Source of the DNA: an uncultured Candidatus Woesearchaeota archaeon
GTDB taxonomy: Archaea; Nanobdellota; Nanobdellia; Woesearchaeales; B29-G15
Direction: 5' to 3'
DNA: 64,000 bases
Assembly (NCBI GenBank): GCA_903915225.1
Contig: CAIWSB010000055.1
Location: forward strand, 6,847 to 70,846
Of the stretch, positions 38,387 to 48,247 are shown piece after piece. Below the pieces are notes generated by a model. It made no database searches. It saw only the letters and a list, made by a program, of their open reading frames with translations, and was not told the origin of the DNA. Each line of letters begins with the position of its first letter. The stretch's first letter is position 1. A program made the position numbers and the translations under genes.

Positions 38387-39730
38387 TCACCACAACTCAT
38401 TAACAGAAACCAGCTTCCCCGGCTCTGCAAGCTCCAGAATCCTGCCTTTCATCAATCCGACAAACTCTGCGATAACAGACTTTGCGTAATCCCTGCAATC
38501 AAGCCCAGGATAATATTTTTTTTGCACAACGCAGCCTCCACCGCAAAGTGTATTTATATCACAAGGCGCACAGCCCTCACGCTCAAGAATAGAACTCCGT
38601 TTTGGATTTGACTGCATCAAGCCCTCAAGCTGGAAATCCGGGTTGTTTATGGTGCGGGGGCAATGATATACCTTGCCATCTGTTGAAAACACATAATGGA
38701 ATCCCTTCTGCGGCTCGCAGAACCCAAGCTTAGGCCCAAAATAGGTTTTATACTCACCAAGCCAACCGAAGCTGCGGACAATGTGCCCAAGATATTTGAA
38801 GCTCTCAAACTTGAGCTTGCCCCTGAGCTCCGGGTGTTCTTCCCATACCTGGATTAAACGCTGAACCATCCTGCCCTCGGAAATCTCATCCCTCGCAGGG
38901 TCAAGGTTGGCATAATCATGCGAGCCCTCAACTCGCCACTGGAAATGGGGTTGCTGGAGCCAGCCTTTGACCCTGACAAACCCAATAAGATCTTCAATAT
39001 TCTGGAGGTTGCCCTTGCCGAGGATTGTCTGCATCTTTACTTCAAAACCTTCCTTCAGCAGCAAATCAATTGCGCCGGCAACATCATCAAATGAGCTCAG
39101 GCCGTTAATGTACGGGCGCCTGGAATCATGCACTCGTGGAGGTCCGTCAAGGGTAACCCTGAAATCAGAGACTACATCGCGATGCTCCCTATAAATGCTC
39201 AGGTGATGCTTCACTAATGAGCCGTTTGTGACAGTCACAACCTTCCAACTGCGTTGGGATGCAGCTGTAAGCACATTCTCCAGAACCTTAGGGTTGGAGA
39301 GTATCAAAGGCTCACCGCCAAATAATAGTATATTCACCCTTTCAGCAGGTATCCCTTTTAACTGTTGGAAATCAGAAATCCTTTCAATTATACTGTCAAG
39401 AACAGCATGGCTCAACTCTGAATTTGAACGGGTCTTCTTCTCATAGCATATCGGGCAGCCAAAGTTGCAGTTCAGCGTAGTGAGGACATAAAACCAGTAG
39501 GGTATGTTCTGGTTGTGCTCCTGGCTCACCTGCCTCAGGCGAAGAAGGTTTTCCTGCCGACCTTGCTCTGAAAGGAAATATCCTCTAGCCTGAAGCCGGG
39601 CCTCAACCTCGGGAGGCATCTCCTTAAGGAATTGCGAAGGAATAATATCAATAGCCCCATTCATGGGATTCATGAGCAGGTAATTAGAAGCATCTAGCTC
39701 AAACTTTTGAACCCTTTCCGAAAGCCCCAT
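38387..39730 (-). CDS. radical SAM/SPASM domain protein
   Basis: CNFGCPIC, FGGEP, TLDG; C-terminal C...G.VYHC...CxxC.....CGGGC...C. Confidence 0.92.
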   Translation of the reverse strand: MGLSERVQKFELDASNYLLMNPMNGAIDIIPSQFLKEMPPEVEARLQARGYFLSEQGRQENLLRLRQVSQEHNQNIPYWFYVLTTLNCNFGCPICYEKKTRSNSELSHAVLDSIIERISDFQQLKGIPAERVNILLFGGEPLILSNPKVLENVLTAASQRSWKVVTVTNGSLVKHHLSIYREHRDVVSDFRVTLDGPPRVHDSRRPYINGLSSFDDVAGAIDLLLKEGFEVKMQTILGKGNLQNIEDLIGFVRVKGWLQQPHFQWRVEGSHDYANLDPARDEISEGRMVQRLIQVWEEHPELRGKLKFESFKYLGHIVRSFGWLGEYKTYFGPKLGFCEPQKGFHYVFSTDGKVYHCPRTINNPDFQLEGLMQSNPKRSSILEREGCAPCDINTLCGGGCVVQKKYYPGLDCRDYAKSVIAEFVGLMKGRILELAEPGKLVSVNELW

Positions 39731-39789
39731 CTAACCAGAGAATTAAAACCCAAATAAAAAGGTGATGCCGGTTAATATAGTAAAAATAT

Positions 39790-39894
39790 GGCAGCAACAA
39801 TAATGGCAGCTGACGGTCAAAATTGTGCGCAATTTTGCCCTACTCGGCACTCCGTAGGGGGCAACCCCCGCCTCGCCAGCGCCACTGTTGCTGC
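39790..39894. repeat. structured palindromic element, copy 2
   Basis: GCAGCAACA...TGTTGCTGC; same architecture as copy 1 with altered hairpin sequences. Confidence 0.85.
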
Positions 39895-39933
39895 GAAATT
39901 TCATATCCACTAACTTTGGCCCAGATTAATAAT

Positions 39934-39953
39934 TTTCTACTGTGCAGTAGCTA
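39934..39953. promoter_or_regulatory. 8-4-8 palindrome, site 11
   Basis: TTTCTACT-GTGC-AGTAGCTA, 16 bp before TTATAAAC. Confidence 0.7.
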
Positions 39954-40026
39954 AATACCCAAAAGAGTTATAAACATAGCATATTTAGCAAATTGAAATT
40001 ATATTAAACCAATGAGGTAAATTAAA

Positions 40027-40665
40027 ATGCCAGAACTTGACGAGATATTGGGAACAAAAATCGCAGAATATGAGAGTGTTGAGGAATTCACAGCAGCACT
40101 TGAGGCAGCCAAACCAGTAAGGTTGCATACATATTTTGATAAAGGAATGTTCTGGTTCGGCTCTAATTGGAAAGCCTCTTTTGTTGATTCTGAAGGAAAT
40201 GTCCACGGTTTTGTTACCCGTGATGTTGAAGAGGGTTTTCAAGATAGAATAAAACCCATTTATGATTTGCTTAAAGGGGCAAAAATTCCTGAAGTGGATG
40301 GAATAATAAGGGTTTCAGAGAGGGATGGAGCAGTGTACCAGGTCTTTGAAACAGATTTTCCTGATGAAGCAGGGAAAGAACAGGCTTCATACGATGCTTG
40401 GATTGATGCAGTCAAAGCCCTTCCCGTTGAAGGGACATTGATTCAATACTTAAAAGAAGATTCAAGTGTTCTCCTTGATGCAACAAATGGAAAAAACCAC
40501 TTCATTACAACTATTGATGAAGATTCTGGAATAACATTGGAATCCACTTTGGCAAAGCTTCAACCATCTAAAAACAAGGATGGAGCAGAGGTCTTGGGCC
40601 AGCCATTCGCAACAAGGGATAACAGCCCTGTTATTGGTTGGTACTTAGATATGGAGAACGAGTAA
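40027..40665 (+). CDS. acidic hypothetical protein
   Basis: 212 aa; GAGGT RBS; T-rich terminator follows. Confidence 0.8.
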   Translation: MPELDEILGTKIAEYESVEEFTAALEAAKPVRLHTYFDKGMFWFGSNWKASFVDSEGNVHGFVTRDVEEGFQDRIKPIYDLLKGAKIPEVDGIIRVSERDGAVYQVFETDFPDEAGKEQASYDAWIDAVKALPVEGTLIQYLKEDSSVLLDATNGKNHFITTIDEDSGITLESTLAKLQPSKNKDGAEVLGQPFATRDNSPVIGWYLDMENE

Positions 40666-40709
40666 GTTTTCTTCTCGTTCTTAATTTTTTTTATTTTAAT
40701 AAAAAAAGT

Positions 40710-43376
40710 TTAGCGCTTCTTTCCCTTCTTTTTCTTCTTGAAGATGAATCCGCCTATTATTAACGCTACCATCACAATCACGACAATAAGTACAGTGCTT
40801 CCCCCGCCACCATCTGACTTGCCCATCCTGTTATCACTTTTGTCATCTTCAAGGATAACCTTGCTTGGATTGTCCATGCCGGCATCTGTCCCAAACGAGG
40901 GCTCTCCAGACGGCAAAATAAACTCTGGGTCCAGCTTTGTGCCAGTGGCCTTGAGCTTGAAGTCATGGGTATCAAACGTGCCCTTGGAACTGTAAATCTT
41001 CTTCATGAGTTCACTGCTGGTTATCACATAAGGACTTTCAGTGGAATAATCCTTGCTGTCAGCTGTTATTGTGATAGTCGCATCAGAGGTTGGAGGAGAA
41101 ACATATATCAAGCCCCCACGCAGGTCTGAATCAAATGAGTATGGCGAACCCTGCTTAGGAGCCACAGTTATCTTGTATAATCTAACCTCCTTGTTCTTAA
41201 CCCCCAAGAAGGCTCCTGGAAGCATTGCAGCAGATGTGCGCAAAGGCCTCTCGTAATTTGCAGCACGGCCTACAATCATGCTCGGCGAGTACACAATCTG
41301 GGCGGTGCTGTTCTGGCAGCCATAGTCAACATAAAACTCACCAGCATCATACTGGCCGTTCTTGTTGGCATCCCTGTAGCCCTCAAAACAATCATACTTC
41401 TTGTTCCCCACAGTGGGGTTCACATAAAAGCCATGGGCCGCAAAGAGGGCGTCAATCTCCTTTGACTTGATTGGATACCTGTTCTTGAGCTCCTTGTAGA
41501 ACTCAGAGAAGTCGTTTCGCTTGTCTTTGAGTATATTCCAGACATCCTCAACTGAAAGAGTCAGGCCGTCACCAGGCTCATTGTTTTTGTCTATCAAATC
41601 CCAGAGCAGGCCTGCGACAGCAAACTCCTCCCCGTGTCCGAGCCAATCCCAGGGCTTCATATTATCCTCCATGTCGCCGTAGTTGGCATATTGAGATGGA
41701 TTTGGTTTGCCTACATCCTGCGCAATTGCCATTGCGATGAACTCTGCAAAACCTTCTGTGAAGGAATCCCCTGTGTTGGGGTTCATGAATCCGTCATGTG
41801 GAACAGTCCCCTGCACATTACGCCCTGCTGGAAGATTCCCTCCGTATTGGGCAAAAAGTATGTGGTGTGCGAACTCATGCCATTCGCGGTTCATCGGCCT
41901 GTTTGTGGAGCCGAGATTATAATCACCGGAATGTATCCTAATCCTCTGGTTGGCGTTTTCATACCAGGTATTGCCTTCTGTGTTCCCAACGAGAACACTC
42001 ACAGGGAGCTTGTAGTCAATGTTTGCCTTGAGCTTTACCAGGGCAAACTCAACTGCCTCGTGAAAATGATAGTACATGGTTGCATAGCTCTTGATGTCAT
42101 CAAGTGTTGGGAGGTTTGATGAGTAATCAGCCCCACTGCCTGCACCTAACTTAAAATGAACCTCGAGGTTTTTGCCGTCAACAATCTTGAACTCCTTGGC
42201 TGCGTAAACCCTCTTGTATCGGTTATTGTTGTTTAGGGTGTAAATGGTGAAATAATTCTTATTGCTCCGATTATACTTCCAGATTGCATAGACCTTGATG
42301 GGCACTTCCCCCTTATCAGAGATTCCTGTAAGGGTGATTGAATAATCTCCGTTCCCATCAGTTAACCCTGTAAAGGTTTTTTTGTCAGCTGTGTCTATAT
42401 CCACCTGCATGTAGGGCATAGGGTTGTCAAGGGAATCTGAGACAGTACCATAAACAATGACAGATGAAGTTGGAGCCTCGGTCTTTAAAGAGCTCACAAA
42501 ATTGGACGTGTGAGCACCTCCCACTGCCTGGCCTGCTACGTATTTGACTGTCTGGGCAATTCCAGACATCTCCCTTATTGTGCTTGAGGCAGCCCCATCA
42601 ACATCAGAGGTAGTAAATGACTTCTCAATCTGTCCATTGTATCTCATTATTCCTTTCTGTAGGATATACCTGAACTTTACGTTGAGGCGGGTCCTGCCAT
42701 CGCTCTCCTGCCTCAGTGGAGTTGCATAGGCATAATAATCACAGGCCTCACCCTGGATATTCACCTGGCCTGTGTACTCCTTTGCATTTGTGAGCCCCTC
42801 CAGTTTTGCGCTCCCAATGCATGGCGGCTCAATGCATACGTCCCTGCTGAATGTGCCGTAATACGACCCCAAATCGGCTTTGCTGTCTTTGTTGTAGAAG
42901 GTGAACAGCATTGACTCAACGTCCGGCTGCTTCCAGTCATTCTTAACTATCTCGCCAGGAACTGAAGGGGTTGAGACATAGAATGATACAGGGGTTATTG
43001 AGATGTTCCTCGAAACAGTTGCGAAAACCCCTGAATCGGACTTCAGGAGGAATGAGATTTCGAAATAATGGTTGCTGGTGTCTGAGCTGAATCCACCGAG
43101 GACAACTGCATCAAAGACAAACTCGGACTCGCCATTGTAGGTGAAATCTTTGTACTGATTGCCCCCGACGCGCTTGAAGTAGAAGCTCCCGTAGCTGTTC
43201 TCCATGGTTATGCTCTTTGTGAGCCCGGAAATCTTGGCATCATCCATAACCAGGCGGAGCTTGAACTGCTCGCCTGCCGGAACCTCATTGGGCATCTCAA
43301 TGCGAATCTCTGCTGCAGCAAGAGTGCACAGCATAACAAATACGAGAATGTACGGAACAAATTTCATCTCAACCAC
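40710..43376 (-). CDS. secreted, C-terminally anchored zincin metalloprotease
   Basis: Signal peptide, WHEFAHH...TEGFAEF, DANKNGQYD Ca-loop, C-terminal TM plus poly-Lys tail. Confidence 0.85.
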   Translation of the reverse strand: MVEMKFVPYILVFVMLCTLAAAEIRIEMPNEVPAGEQFKLRLVMDDAKISGLTKSITMENSYGSFYFKRVGGNQYKDFTYNGESEFVFDAVVLGGFSSDTSNHYFEISFLLKSDSGVFATVSRNISITPVSFYVSTPSVPGEIVKNDWKQPDVESMLFTFYNKDSKADLGSYYGTFSRDVCIEPPCIGSAKLEGLTNAKEYTGQVNIQGEACDYYAYATPLRQESDGRTRLNVKFRYILQKGIMRYNGQIEKSFTTSDVDGAASSTIREMSGIAQTVKYVAGQAVGGAHTSNFVSSLKTEAPTSSVIVYGTVSDSLDNPMPYMQVDIDTADKKTFTGLTDGNGDYSITLTGISDKGEVPIKVYAIWKYNRSNKNYFTIYTLNNNNRYKRVYAAKEFKIVDGKNLEVHFKLGAGSGADYSSNLPTLDDIKSYATMYYHFHEAVEFALVKLKANIDYKLPVSVLVGNTEGNTWYENANQRIRIHSGDYNLGSTNRPMNREWHEFAHHILFAQYGGNLPAGRNVQGTVPHDGFMNPNTGDSFTEGFAEFIAMAIAQDVGKPNPSQYANYGDMEDNMKPWDWLGHGEEFAVAGLLWDLIDKNNEPGDGLTLSVEDVWNILKDKRNDFSEFYKELKNRYPIKSKEIDALFAAHGFYVNPTVGNKKYDCFEGYRDANKNGQYDAGEFYVDYGCQNSTAQIVYSPSMIVGRAANYERPLRTSAAMLPGAFLGVKNKEVRLYKITVAPKQGSPYSFDSDLRGGLIYVSPPTSDATITITADSKDYSTESPYVITSSELMKKIYSSKGTFDTHDFKLKATGTKLDPEFILPSGEPSFGTDAGMDNPSKVILEDDKSDNRMGKSDGGGGSTVLIVVIVMVALIIGGFIFKKKKKGKKR

Positions 43377-43391
43377 CCTTTTTAACCCTAT

Positions 43392-43444
43392 ATAATATTA
43401 TATTGTTAATTATGGTCTAATCCCGCGCTAGTATTAAAATATTG
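43392..43444 (-). promoter_or_regulatory. conserved promoter/leader block, copy 1
   Basis: ATAATATTATA...TGGTCTAATCCCGCGCTAGTATTAAAAT, repeated at 45964..46014. Confidence 0.7.
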
Positions 43445-43480
43445 TCCTCATACAATAAATTTAATATTATTTGTGGATAA

Positions 43481-45919
43481 TCATTTATGTTTTTTGCCGA
43501 ATTTCTTTATAAAGATAATAACCATTATCGCAAGCACAACAAAAATAACAATGAGCCATGTGAAGTTGGATCCAGGAGATTCTGATTTACCTGAACTCTT
43601 GCCTATCTCGCTCTTTATCAAGTGCGGCTTAATGTCTAATGCAGTATCATCATCTTCAATATAGGGCTTGTCAAGACCAGCAGGTGCAACAGGATCAAGT
43701 TTTGAACCTGTTGGTTTTAGCTCGAATGCGTGAGTATCAAATGAGCCTTTACCCTCTGCTAACAACAATTTGTTATTCAACTCGCTTGCTTTGATCACAT
43801 AAGGCTTGTCAGACTTGAAGTCCTGTGACTCCGGCGTTATTGTGATTGTCGCTTCAATATCGCTTGGCAGCGGGCTGATGTATAATAATCCGCCTTGGAC
43901 GAATCCCGTATAGGAATAATCCTTCATTGAAGCATCAGCATAATCAACACTAATCTTGTATTGCCAAACATCCTTATCTGGCACAGCGAGGAATGAATCT
44001 TCCATTACTCCACCGAATTGTCTTGTTGGTCTTTCATAGTTGGTTGCTTTTCCTACTACGTAGCCTTGCTTGTAAACAATGTCCTTCTCAGCGTTTAGAG
44101 TTCCGTAATCAATGAACTTATCTCCTGCATCAAATACACCATTGCCGTTAGCATCAGTGAATGGTTCGAAAAAATCTCTTTTTTTGTTGCCTTCTGCCAA
44201 GTCTGCGAAGAACCCGTGTTCGATAAAGATCTTACCAATTGCATCTGCTTGTTTTGGAAAGGCCGTAATTAAAGCAGTGTACGCCTCAGAGACATCTTCT
44301 CTTCTCTGTTTTATTACATTCCAGATATCATCAAACATTAAGCTGACTGTATCCCCTTTGTCATTGTTTTTGTCGTAGAGGTCCCATAGTATTCCTGCAA
44401 CTGCGAATTCTTCTCTTCCGCCTTTGTTCTCCCATGCCTTGTAGTTGTCTTCGTTGTTTGCCAATGTAGAATAAACATAAGGTTGCCTGTTGCCATTGGA
44501 TTCAGCAATAACCATTGGTAGGAATTCTGCGAATCCTTCTGACCAAGAGTCTGCCGAATTAGGATTTGAGAATCCACCATGATTTCTTGAGCCGGGGACT
44601 TCTTTTCCAGGTAAATTTGCACCATATAACGAATACATAATGTGATGTGAAAATTCATGATATTCTATCCATGGTTGATGAGAGATGGTTCTTACAGAAT
44701 ATGCATCTGCAACATAAATATCCGTAGTGTCTCTTTGATAGTTAGTTTTACCTTCTTTATTGCCTACCCAAACGTCAACTGGGAGTTTGTTGTCAATGTT
44801 TGCTTTCAATCGTATTATTGCGAAGTCGACTGCTTCGTGCATATGAAAGTAGATAGCAGCAGAATTTTCAACCCATATATCTATTTGATTTGGTGCTGTG
44901 AATGTTGACTCTTCAAATGATCCCACTTTAATTTTGATGTTTGCAGTGATATCATTTTGGGCTAGGTCAATCTTATTTCCTGCCCACATCTCTTTGTAAT
45001 CATTACCACCCGCGTCATAATAGACATTGTAATAGTTTTTTCCGTCTCTATTGTAACTTAGTTTAACAAATGCATGTGCCTCTTTGTAGTTCCCTGGTTT
45101 TTCGAATGTAATTGTATAATCACCATTCTTGTCTGCATTTGCCACGTGTTGGTCTCCATCTATATCGATTATGATAGTAGAGTAGGGTAATGGCTCATCA
45201 TCTGCATCTGATACTGACCCGTGGATTGTGACTTGCTCTTTCTTGTTTGCTGGCACCCAGACGTAAGAATATACTACATAACCCTCGCCAGCCCTGCCAA
45301 CAGATAAACCAAAGGTCATATCAAATTTAAGTTCATTCTCTTTCCTTGATGCTGCGTCTACAGCCTCTTCAGACACGTCTAAGGAATTCTGATTGTCTCT
45401 TGAGCAGATATACACCTTCCCCAAACTTGGGAATTTGTACGTTAATGTATTTTCAGGTTTGCCTAAAAACCAAGATGCGCCTTCATTGAAACGGGGGCAA
45501 GATAGGCCTCCCATGGAGTATCCTAACTGGGGGGCGAAGAAAGATGCTTCACAAACCGCATTCTCACGCAGTATTTTGTCTTCTGCTGATTTCTCTTCAT
45601 TAGACATTATTAAGCGCTCTTCAAAGGAATGCGAAGGGGGAGTTGTGGGTTTGACAATTGAACCACCTAAAGTCATAGTAATCTCCTGCATATCAGTGGC
45701 TGTTTGTGGGGGGGTAGACCAGGTGATCATAGCAGAACCATCTTGGCAAGATGCTGACATCTTTCCGTTGCTAAATGATGGGCTTCCCCCTGTATTCACA
45801 AATCGTGTATCTGTCAATTGCCAATTCCCTGAACCATGTTCATATGTGTCTACATCTGCATACACAAATGCCGAAAAAAGAATGATTGATATAATCAATA
45901 TAGATACCTGATGTTTCAT
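43481..45919 (-). CDS. secreted, C-terminally anchored zincin metalloprotease, paralog
   Basis: Signal peptide, YHEFSHH...SEGFAEF, DANGNGVFD, C-terminal TM plus basic tail. Confidence 0.85.
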   Translation of the reverse strand: MKHQVSILIISIILFSAFVYADVDTYEHGSGNWQLTDTRFVNTGGSPSFSNGKMSASCQDGSAMITWSTPPQTATDMQEITMTLGGSIVKPTTPPSHSFEERLIMSNEEKSAEDKILRENAVCEASFFAPQLGYSMGGLSCPRFNEGASWFLGKPENTLTYKFPSLGKVYICSRDNQNSLDVSEEAVDAASRKENELKFDMTFGLSVGRAGEGYVVYSYVWVPANKKEQVTIHGSVSDADDEPLPYSTIIIDIDGDQHVANADKNGDYTITFEKPGNYKEAHAFVKLSYNRDGKNYYNVYYDAGGNDYKEMWAGNKIDLAQNDITANIKIKVGSFEESTFTAPNQIDIWVENSAAIYFHMHEAVDFAIIRLKANIDNKLPVDVWVGNKEGKTNYQRDTTDIYVADAYSVRTISHQPWIEYHEFSHHIMYSLYGANLPGKEVPGSRNHGGFSNPNSADSWSEGFAEFLPMVIAESNGNRQPYVYSTLANNEDNYKAWENKGGREEFAVAGILWDLYDKNNDKGDTVSLMFDDIWNVIKQRREDVSEAYTALITAFPKQADAIGKIFIEHGFFADLAEGNKKRDFFEPFTDANGNGVFDAGDKFIDYGTLNAEKDIVYKQGYVVGKATNYERPTRQFGGVMEDSFLAVPDKDVWQYKISVDYADASMKDYSYTGFVQGGLLYISPLPSDIEATITITPESQDFKSDKPYVIKASELNNKLLLAEGKGSFDTHAFELKPTGSKLDPVAPAGLDKPYIEDDDTALDIKPHLIKSEIGKSSGKSESPGSNFTWLIVIFVVLAIMVIIFIKKFGKKHK

Positions 45920-45963
45920 AATTATTCACCTTTCATTCGTTTTCATATTCTCTAACAAAAATA

Positions 45964-46014
45964 ATAATATTATAGGAAATAATGGCCTAATCCAGCACTA
46001 GTATTAAAATTTTG
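45964..46014 (-). promoter_or_regulatory. conserved promoter/leader block, copy 2
   Basis: ATAATATTATA...TGGCCTAATCCAGCACTAGTATTAAAAT. Confidence 0.7.
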
Positions 46015-46064
46015 CGTGGGTAGAGATAGAAAAATTTAAATATTGCCAAGAGGAAAACAGATAC

Positions 46065-46682
46065 ATGAAAACCCACGCCTTTGTTCTTTCAGTATTTATC
46101 TTACTAATATTTTCAATTGCCCCAGCAATTGTCCATGCTGATGAGATTATTCCAGGAATGAGACATATCGGTTGGTGTTATGAAATCCCGAATGTAGATG
46201 ATTACCCGGATTACATTTTTGTCTTTAATGAACCAAGGCTCTGGAGCGAAGGAGTAATCAACAAAGACAGCTGTTTCACATTCTATAAGAACGGTTTAGG
46301 AAGTGTTTACGCAATTAATAAATCTGAATTTAATGCGAGTGAAATTAACCATGAATTTTTTTCAAAAAACAATCCCAAACTAATCAAATCCCGTTTAGAA
46401 CTTTATGCATATGGGATGGTGAAAGAGAATGACCCGCTTAAGGATGCAAGAATCACTTTGAGGATAGTTTCTTTAACTGCGGAGAATCTTGACATCCAGA
46501 AATCCAAAATAACTTTTACATATGTTGATGGTACATCTGAAGAAAAGGGGTTTATAACTCAAGATGTTAACCCAGAACCCTCAAAAAAATCAGTTGCGCC
46601 CACCAAATTTTGGTACCTTATTATTCCAATTTTGGCAGCAATAATCATTGCCGTTATCCTCCTTTTGAGAAAGCGAAAATAA
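46065..46682 (+). CDS. secreted protein with C-terminal membrane anchor
   Basis: Signal peptide ending VHA-D; C-terminal TM plus RKRK. Confidence 0.8.
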   Translation: MKTHAFVLSVFILLIFSIAPAIVHADEIIPGMRHIGWCYEIPNVDDYPDYIFVFNEPRLWSEGVINKDSCFTFYKNGLGSVYAINKSEFNASEINHEFFSKNNPKLIKSRLELYAYGMVKENDPLKDARITLRIVSLTAENLDIQKSKITFTYVDGTSEEKGFITQDVNPEPSKKSVAPTKFWYLIIPILAAIIIAVILLLRKRK

Positions 46683-46686
46683 TTTT

Positions 46687-46995
46687 ATGATTCAGTATTT
46701 ATTTGCTTTAACCACAACAATTTTAATTGAATTTGCGGTTTACTACGCGTTTATTAGAAAAAGCCCCTGGAAACTTCTAATTTATTCGATTCTGATAAAT
46801 TCGTTCACCCAACCTATTGCAACATTCATCTACCAAAATGCATTGAGCAACCTCATATTGGTTGAGGTAATGGTTTTTCTAGCTGAGATCCCCCTTATAA
46901 AGTGGCTTTTGGAAATAAAATACCCCAAATCTATATTGCTCTCCTTTGCTGCCAATCTACTAACCAGTTTGATAGGTTTCATCCTATTTTTTTAA
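46687..46995 (+). CDS. small multi-pass membrane protein
   Basis: LTTTILIE, NSFTQP, LVEVMVFLAE, ANLLT. Confidence 0.8.
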   Translation: MIQYLFALTTTILIEFAVYYAFIRKSPWKLLIYSILINSFTQPIATFIYQNALSNLILVEVMVFLAEIPLIKWLLEIKYPKSILLSFAANLLTSLIGFILFF

Positions 46996-47020
46996 GAACA
47001 ACCTGGAGGATGAATTGAGA

Positions 47021-47626
47021 TTAAACGAACTGAAGAATCCCTTCAAGGGTGGTGATGCTCCCTGGTGAGCCACTCTCCCGATCAAGATGGACTGCCTGCA
47101 TGCCGACTGCACGCGGGCCATTAACGTCTGCCTCCAGCTTGTCCCCAACCATTATTGCGTCCTGGGGATTAACCTTGAGCAGCTCGAGCATTTTCAGGAA
47201 AATCCTCTTGTCAGGCTTCGTCATGCCCACATCACATGAAAAGAGAACGTGCTTAAAATAATAATCAAGCTTGAGGCCATAGAACTGCCTCTTGTAAGGG
47301 GAAGCGAGGTTGGATATTACCCCCATCTTTATGTGCCTTGATTTCAGCTCCTCAAGAACTGCCAGAGTCTCAGGGTAAAAGGCAGCTGTCGCACGTTCTG
47401 CTGCAAAATCAGCCTCATATGAGCTAAGGTCAATCCCGTGCCCGGGCTTTATCTTTTGCACATAATCCGAGAATTGTGCAAAATCCCGTGTGCCTGCAAT
47501 GTTGTGCGCAACCTCAATCTCTGCTGGCTGGAGCCCAAGCTCAGCAAACAGCCGAGTGTACGGGCGCCTGTATTCTGTGACATAAATCAGCGTATTATAC
47601 AAATCGAAGACAACTGCCCCAACCAT
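47021..47626 (-). CDS. HAD-superfamily hydrolase
   Basis: FDLYNTL, ISN, KPD, VGDKLEAD. Confidence 0.92.
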   Translation of the reverse strand: MVGAVVFDLYNTLIYVTEYRRPYTRLFAELGLQPAEIEVAHNIAGTRDFAQFSDYVQKIKPGHGIDLSSYEADFAAERATAAFYPETLAVLEELKSRHIKMGVISNLASPYKRQFYGLKLDYYFKHVLFSCDVGMTKPDKRIFLKMLELLKVNPQDAIMVGDKLEADVNGPRAVGMQAVHLDRESGSPGSITTLEGILQFV

Positions 47627-47675
47627 AGATATAGGAAAAAAAGAACCAATAAAAAGGTTACTGAACAGAGAAAAA

Positions 47676-48140
47676 TTATTTCTTTGGCTCTATTGGAGTT
47701 TCCATCCTGTCTTCCAACCCTCCTGCCGCTCTTGTCATGTCATACCTACAAAGCTCATAAAGTCCGGATACGACGTTTGTTGCGACAACTGCGGCACCGA
47801 GGGCAATTAGCGCCTCGCTGTTGGGGTTTGGATTGGTGGATTGAATTGCTCCCCAAGTCTCTATGCCCCTGTATAAATAGTCGGCCAAACCATACATTCC
47901 TGCACCCGCAACTGCGAACACGGACAATGGAAATGTGTTAACATAATAATTTGGTGCGCTATGAGTGCTATTCCTTCTGATAGTGGTCGGTATGAATAAG
48001 CATGTCGAGGTCAAAGCTGTGCCAACCTCCCTCATTACCTGATAGGCATTATGGGACAAATGTGAAAGGAATTTCCCAATACCTTGGTGCGTCTTGTCAG
48101 TAGATGGATTTAAGTTTTCAACTGGATTTATTTTTGCCAT
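47676..48140 (-). CDS. hypothetical membrane protein
   Basis: Two hydrophobic segments; TATA upstream. Confidence 0.7.
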   Translation of the reverse strand: MAKINPVENLNPSTDKTHQGIGKFLSHLSHNAYQVMREVGTALTSTCLFIPTTIRRNSTHSAPNYYVNTFPLSVFAVAGAGMYGLADYLYRGIETWGAIQSTNPNPNSEALIALGAAVVATNVVSGLYELCRYDMTRAAGGLEDRMETPIEPKK

Positions 48141-48183
48141 CCAACCCCAAAAAAGGAGGTCATTTAAATATATTTCGGTTATT

Positions 48184-48203
48184 TTACTACCTAAAAGTAA
48201 TAA
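48184..48203. promoter_or_regulatory. 8-4-8 palindrome, site 12, between divergent promoters
   Basis: TTACTACC-TAAA-AGTAATAA with a TATA box 13-17 bp away on each side. Confidence 0.75.
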
Positions 48204-48247
48204 AAATGCTAAGGTTTATAAGCATCAGCATATTTTTCTGGAGAATC

